A DNA stretch of 64,000 nt from Nitrospinales bacterium (GTDB taxonomy: Bacteria > Nitrospinota > Nitrospinia > Nitrospinales > JAJDAT01). Below, piece by piece: positions 57,883 through 64,000 of the stretch (position 1 is its first letter; each line of letters starts with the position of its first letter). Location of the stretch: assembly GCA_046757665.1 (NCBI GenBank), contig JBHHYO010000002.1, positions 1 to 64,000 on the forward strand, given 5' to 3'. The translations under genes were made by a program, and so were the position numbers. A model generated the notes under the pieces. It was not told where the DNA came from, made no database searches, and worked only from the letters and a program-made list of their open reading frames with translations.

Positions 57883-59538
57883 TCAACGATTCGGCAATGT
57901 CCCGCACTCACCGGCCTGCTTGCGGCAGTCAAAAACCAGGATGGAACCGCCGCCGAGTTGCGCCGTCGGCACGATTTTCCGGAGCGGCGCGTAGAAGTCC
58001 GGCGGGCGGTTGTAAAGCCCCTGCAACAAGGTCGCGCTGACGGCTATGACTCCCTCCAGCTTAAGCTCATCCACAGCCAGAGGCGTCTGCCGCCGCAAAA
58101 ACGACGGCAGTGGCTCGGCGACAACGCCATACGCTTTCGGGTCGGCGGTGCCGAAATAACCCAGCCGAACGGTCTTGATATTCCTCTCCCGCTGAAAACG
58201 CGCCAGCGCGGGAAGGGCCTGTCCCCAGTCCAGGTTGGAATCGACAAGATACAACCGCTTCTCCTGTTGCGGCACGGCGCGGTTGAAATAGGACAAGTAA
58301 TCCGGGTGCGCGCTCAGCGTCGCAAAAACCAGCCAGCCCAAAACCGGTATCAAAAGCAAACGCCACCGGGGAACCCGCGCCACGCCCCCCAGGTATAAAA
58401 ACAAAAACGGATACGCCCACAGCAGGTAGCGCAGGCCCAGGTTGACTCTCTTCAAAACCACCGCCAGCACAATGCCGCCGAGAGCCAGGGCGATGAAGTT
58501 CGTCATTTTGCCGACCCGGAACTTTCCTCGCAGGTGCAACAAAAGCGCCGTGACCAGCAGGATCAAAACAGGCAGTGGGGTCTTGTACGCGAAGGCCAGG
58601 GGAAAATAGGCAAGCCATCCCTTGTCCGAAATCACGCCGTTCAGGTAATACACGCGCCCGGTCTCCAGGGATTGCCAGCCCTGCCGCAGGCCGCCGAAAT
58701 AGTCCGGCGCGGGCGCCGGTATTCCGTTGCCGTCAATCCGCCCGACCTGGAACCCGTACACCCCCCATAGCACGACAAAAGCTATCGCCACCAGGGCCAG
58801 CCAGACCCAGACGGCGTTCAAGCGAGATTTGGCAACCGGCGTCCGGCCCAGCGCCGGCGCCAGAACGGTCTTTCGTTCCGCGAGCACGAGAACCAGAAGC
58901 GCAACGGGCAATGCCAGGAGCGCCATGTGCTTGCTCGCCAGGGCCGCGCCCAGGCACAACCCCGCCACCGCCAGCCGCCAGGGCGCGGGCCGGCGGACAA
59001 GGCCCGACAAGGCGAAAAAAAACGCGAACAGACACAGCGCCAGCCCCATGTCCGTGGTCACTAGCCGCCCGTGCGCCAGCATCATGGGCGAGAAAACGAA
59101 CAGGCCAAGCGCCGTCAGCCCGCCCGCTTCCCCATGAAGCTCCCGCGCCCACAGGTAAACCAGAAACCCAAGAACCAGGGCAAGCCCCACCGTCACCCGG
59201 CGGGCTTGGCGAATCATTGCCTTGCCGTCATTATCCATCTCCCACAACACCCTGCCGGAATGGAAAAAGAACGGATACATTGCCGGAGTCGCCTCGGGAA
59301 TTTCAGGGCGCCGCGTAACATGGACGGGTAGCGCCTGCAACAGGTTGATCAACGGCGGATGCTCGCGGTTCAACAGATAACCCTTCCCGGCAAGCGGGTA
59401 CAGTCCCCGCACCAGATGGTTGCCCTCGTCGAACGTCGCCGACTTTTCCTCCAGGCCGGTAAGAGCCAGGCAGGCAAACACCGCCAGCAACGTGGCGGCC
59501 AATCCCCTGGCGGCGTAGCGGTAGGAATCTTTATTCAC
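57883..59538 (-). CDS. GT-C/ArnT (GT39-like) glycosyltransferase
   Basis: TFDE, EHPPL, LVTTD, ASKH, RYLL, DSNLDWGQ; multiple TM helices. Confidence 0.82.
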   Translation of the reverse strand: MNKDSYRYAARGLAATLLAVFACLALTGLEEKSATFDEGNHLVRGLYPLAGKGYLLNREHPPLINLLQALPVHVTRRPEIPEATPAMYPFFFHSGRVLWEMDNDGKAMIRQARRVTVGLALVLGFLVYLWARELHGEAGGLTALGLFVFSPMMLAHGRLVTTDMGLALCLFAFFFALSGLVRRPAPWRLAVAGLCLGAALASKHMALLALPVALLVLVLAERKTVLAPALGRTPVAKSRLNAVWVWLALVAIAFVVLWGVYGFQVGRIDGNGIPAPAPDYFGGLRQGWQSLETGRVYYLNGVISDKGWLAYFPLAFAYKTPLPVLILLVTALLLHLRGKFRVGKMTNFIALALGGIVLAVVLKRVNLGLRYLLWAYPFLFLYLGGVARVPRWRLLLIPVLGWLVFATLSAHPDYLSYFNRAVPQQEKRLYLVDSNLDWGQALPALARFQRERNIKTVRLGYFGTADPKAYGVVAEPLPSFLRRQTPLAVDELKLEGVIAVSATLLQGLYNRPPDFYAPLRKIVPTAQLGGGSILVFDCRKQAGECGTLPNR

Positions 59539-59692
59539 GGTTATGGTTTGGCCGGAGATTTGTTAAAACAAGCTTCTTCCCGAAAAGGATTCGACATCCC
59601 GTCGATGGTATTCGTGATAAGCCCCTCCCGCAACTCATTTTTCGCGGAGAAAAAATATAAGGAGCCGGGACATTCTGTTATAATCTTCCACC

Positions 59693-59941
59693 ATGCTGGC
59701 GAAAATTCACGTGACATTCAAGAACGGCGTGCTGGACCCTCAGGGCAAGGCCGTGCATCATGCCCTCACCGACCTCGGATACACGGAAGTGACCGCCGTC
59801 AATATCGGCAAATACATGGAAATCCGGTTGGACGGCGTTTCCAGGGCCGAAGCCCAGAGCCGCGTTGCGGAAATGTGCGATAAACTTCTCGCCAACCCGA
59901 TCATCGAATCCTACCGGTTCACCTTGGACCCTGCCGGATGA
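59693..59941 (+). CDS. purS: Phosphoribosylformylglycinamidine synthase subunit PurS
   Basis: [18 protein letters not shown]. Confidence 0.95.
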   Translation: MLAKIHVTFKNGVLDPQGKAVHHALTDLGYTEVTAVNIGKYMEIRLDGVSRAEAQSRVAEMCDKLLANPIIESYRFTLDPAG

Positions 59942-59966
59942 ATCTTTCCTTGAAGGACGTCGTGCC

Positions 59967-60653
59967 ATGAAATGCGGTGTTGTTGTTTTTCCGGGATCGA
60001 ACTGCGACCGGGATTGCTACCATGTCCTGAAACAGGTTTACAAACTGGATGCGCAATGGATATGGCATAAGGACCTGCGCCTGGGGAAGTTTGATTTTAT
60101 CGTGCTTCCGGGCGGCTTTTCCTATGGGGACTATCTGCGGCCCGGCGCGATTGCCCGGTTTTCTCCGGTCATGAAAACCTTGCTGGACTACGCCCGGGCC
60201 GGCGGGCGCATCCTGGGCATATGCAACGGCTTTCAGATTCTGCTCGAAGCCGGCCTGTTGCCCGGAGCCCTCATGCGCAACTATTCCCAGAACTTCATTT
60301 GCAAGCCCGTGTACGTTCGCGTGGAGAACAACCGGACACCGTTCACCGGCCAGTGCAGGGAAAAAGCGGTTTTGAAAATCCCTATCGCCCACGCCGACGG
60401 ACGCTTCTTCATTTCCACCGCCAGGCTCAAGCGGATTGAGGACAACGGCCAGGTCGTTCTTCGTTATTGCGACCGCGACGGCGAAATCACCGAGGCCGCC
60501 AACCCCAACGGCTCGGTGGCAAACATCGCCGCCGTCGCCAACGACACGAAAACGGTTCTGGGAATGATGCCGCACCCCGAACGTTGCGCCGACCCGCTGT
60601 GGGCCGACCTCGACGGCAAGCATATTTTTCAATCCCTGATTCAATCCTTCTGA
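59967..60653 (+). CDS. purQ: FGAM synthase glutaminase subunit
   Basis: [31 protein letters not shown]. Confidence 0.96.
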   Translation: MKCGVVVFPGSNCDRDCYHVLKQVYKLDAQWIWHKDLRLGKFDFIVLPGGFSYGDYLRPGAIARFSPVMKTLLDYARAGGRILGICNGFQILLEAGLLPGALMRNYSQNFICKPVYVRVENNRTPFTGQCREKAVLKIPIAHADGRFFISTARLKRIEDNGQVVLRYCDRDGEITEAANPNGSVANIAAVANDTKTVLGMMPHPERCADPLWADLDGKHIFQSLIQSF

Positions 60654-60669
60654 CGTCCCGGCGCCCACT

Positions 60670-62893
60670 ATGAAACCCGAGATCAAACCGCCCTACAGTT
60701 TGGAAACGGTGGAAGGAGTCGGCCTGAGCATCGACGAATACCAGCGCATCGAGGACCTGCTGGGCCGGGCGCCCAATTGGCCCGAGCTGGGCATCCTGGG
60801 CGTCATGTGGAGTGAACATTGCAGTTACAAAAGTTCGAAGGTTCATTTGCAGACCCTGCCCACGGAAGGCCCGCGGGTGCTCCAGGGCCCCGGCGAGAAT
60901 GCCGGCGCCGTCGATCTCGGCAACGGCATGGCGGCCGTTTTCAAGATCGAGAGCCACAACCATCCGTCCTACGTCGAACCGCGTCAGGGAGCCGCCACGG
61001 GTGTCGGCGGCATCCTGCGCGATATCTTCACCATGGGAGCCCGGCCCGTGGCCCTGCTCGATTCCCTGCGCTTCGGCGACCCGGAACACGCCCGCACCCG
61101 GTATCTGCTCAAGGGCGTGGTCAAGGGCATTGCCGATTATGGAAACTGCGTCGGCGTGCCCACCGTGGGCGGCGAAATCGGTTTCGACTTCTGTTATAAC
61201 CAGAACATCCTGGTCAACGTGTTTTGCCTGGGCCTGGTAAAAAGCGACCGCATATTTTGCGCCAGCGCGGGAGGCCCCGGCAACACGGTGTTCTATGTCG
61301 GCTCCAAAACCGGAAGGGACGGCATTCACGGCGCCAGCCTGCTGGCCTCCAGCGAGTTCGACGAAACCACGGAGGACAAACGGCCCACCGTTCAGGTCGG
61401 GGACCCGTTCACCGAAAAACTCCTCATCGAGGCCTGCATGGAACTGTTACAGCACGACTGGGTCGTCGGCATCCAGGATATGGGCGCGGCGGGGTTGACC
61501 TCCTCCTCATTTGAAATGGCCGGCCGCTCCGGCGCCGGCATTGAAATCGACCTCTCCCGCGTCCCCCTGCGGGAAGCAGGCATGACGCCCTACGAAATCC
61601 TCCTCTCGGAATCCCAGGAACGCATGTTGATCGTCGTCAAAAAAGGTTGCGAAGAGGACGTTAAAACCCTGTTCAAAAAATGGGAACTGGAAGCGGAAGT
61701 CATCGGCAAAGTCACCACCGGCGGCAAAATGCAAATGCAATTCAACGGCGAAGTCGTCGTGAACCTGCCCATTTCCCTGGTCGTCGACGATGCGCCCGTT
61801 TACCATCGCGCCGCATCCGAACCGGCCCATATCGGTGAATTGGACAGCTTGAATTTAAAAGTCCTGCCGGTCCCCGAAAGAGGCGAACCGGCATTGAGAA
61901 AAATCCTGTCCTCTTTCAACATCGCCAGCAAGGCCTGGGTGTATGAACAGTACGACCACATGGTGGGCCTCAACACCCTCGTACTGCCCGGCTCGGATGC
62001 GGCCGTGGTCCGCGTCAAGGAAACGCAACAGGCCCTGGCCATTTCCGTTGACGGAAACAGCCGCTATTGCCATCTCAACCCCTTTAGCGGAGCGCAGATA
62101 GCGGTGGCCGAATGTTGCCGCAACATCGTCTGTTCCGGCGGACAGCCCATCGGCGTGACCAATTGCCTCAACTTCGGCTCTCCGGAGCGTCCGGAAACCA
62201 TGTGGCATTTTGAACAATGCGTGAAGGGAATCGGCGAGGCCTGCCGATTGTTTGAAATTCCGGTGGTCAGCGGCAACGTCAGCTTATATAATGAAACGAA
62301 AGGAAAGCCCATTTACCCAACTCCCATCATCGCCGTGGTGGGCTTGCTGGAGGACCAAAAACGCCACTGTACGCAATGGTTCAAGGAACCCGGTCACCTG
62401 ATCGGCCTGCTGGGCCTGACCATGGAGGAGTTGGGCGGGACCGAGTACCTGGAATTGATGTTCGATTTATGCCAGGGACGCATTCCGCACCTCGACCTCA
62501 AATATGAAAACACGATTCAACAGGTTTGCCGGGACTTGATCCGCCAGAACCTCATCGCGTCCGCTCACGACTGTTCCGAGGGAGGACTGGCGACAGCGCT
62601 GGCGGAATCCTGCGTTTCCGGGCGGGAACGGGTGCTGGGCGCGGATATCCGGCTGGATTCTACAATCCGGGCCGACGCCCTTTTGTTCGGGGAGTCCCAG
62701 TCGCGAATCGTTATCTCCTTTCCTCCAGAAAACAGGGATGCCATTGAGAAACTGACCCAAGCCAGGCAAGCCGATTTTACGGTCATCGGCAAGGTCGGCG
62801 GCAAGCATTTCACGGTCAGCCTCAACGACCGGGAGTTTATCAAGGAAGACGTTCACACCTTAAAAAAAGTCTGGGCGGAGCCCCTGGAAAATT

Positions 62894-62913
<20 letters not shown>
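60670..62913 (+). CDS. purL: FGAM synthase subunit PurL
   Basis: [33 protein letters not shown]. Confidence 0.97.

Positions 62914-64000
<1,087 letters not shown>

Overview
Bacterial chromosomal segment from a diderm organism. The gene style is consistent with a Nitrospina/Nitrospinota-like bacterium, but that is inference only. From the 5' end it holds a FlhG/MinD ATPase, a tRNA nucleotidyltransferase and an esterase. Next is a cobalamin salvage region with two B12 riboswitches (btuF-btuD-btuC-cobQ, btuB, pduO), then a Ca-binding repeat protein, a lipo-cytochrome c, dapL, folK, thiI/cysteine desulfurase, ubiX, tmk, a DnaJ protein and an RND pump. A ~20-kb catabolic block follows: nitrilase-like protein, acyl-CoA dehydrogenase, DUF35 plus a Cys-less thiolase-fold protein, acyl-CoA ligase, prpDBC, a split IcmF-type B12 mutase, a heme-oxygenase-like diiron protein and the homogentisate pathway. 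After it comes a probable ceramide/sphingolipid cluster (spt, bCerS-like GNAT, CerR-like reductase, CDP-alcohol phosphotransferase, MMPL, hydroxylase). The window ends with an aldolase/SDR, an SGNH-TPR pair, a GT39 glycosyltransferase and purSQLF. Non-coding highlights are two ~620-bp homologous elements in inverted orientation that bracket ~36 kb and carry variable REP cargo, an orphan-promoter sRNA candidate and two tiny gene relics. No rRNA, tRNA, CRISPR array, transposase or integrase was seen. All calls come from motifs read by eye; no searches were run.
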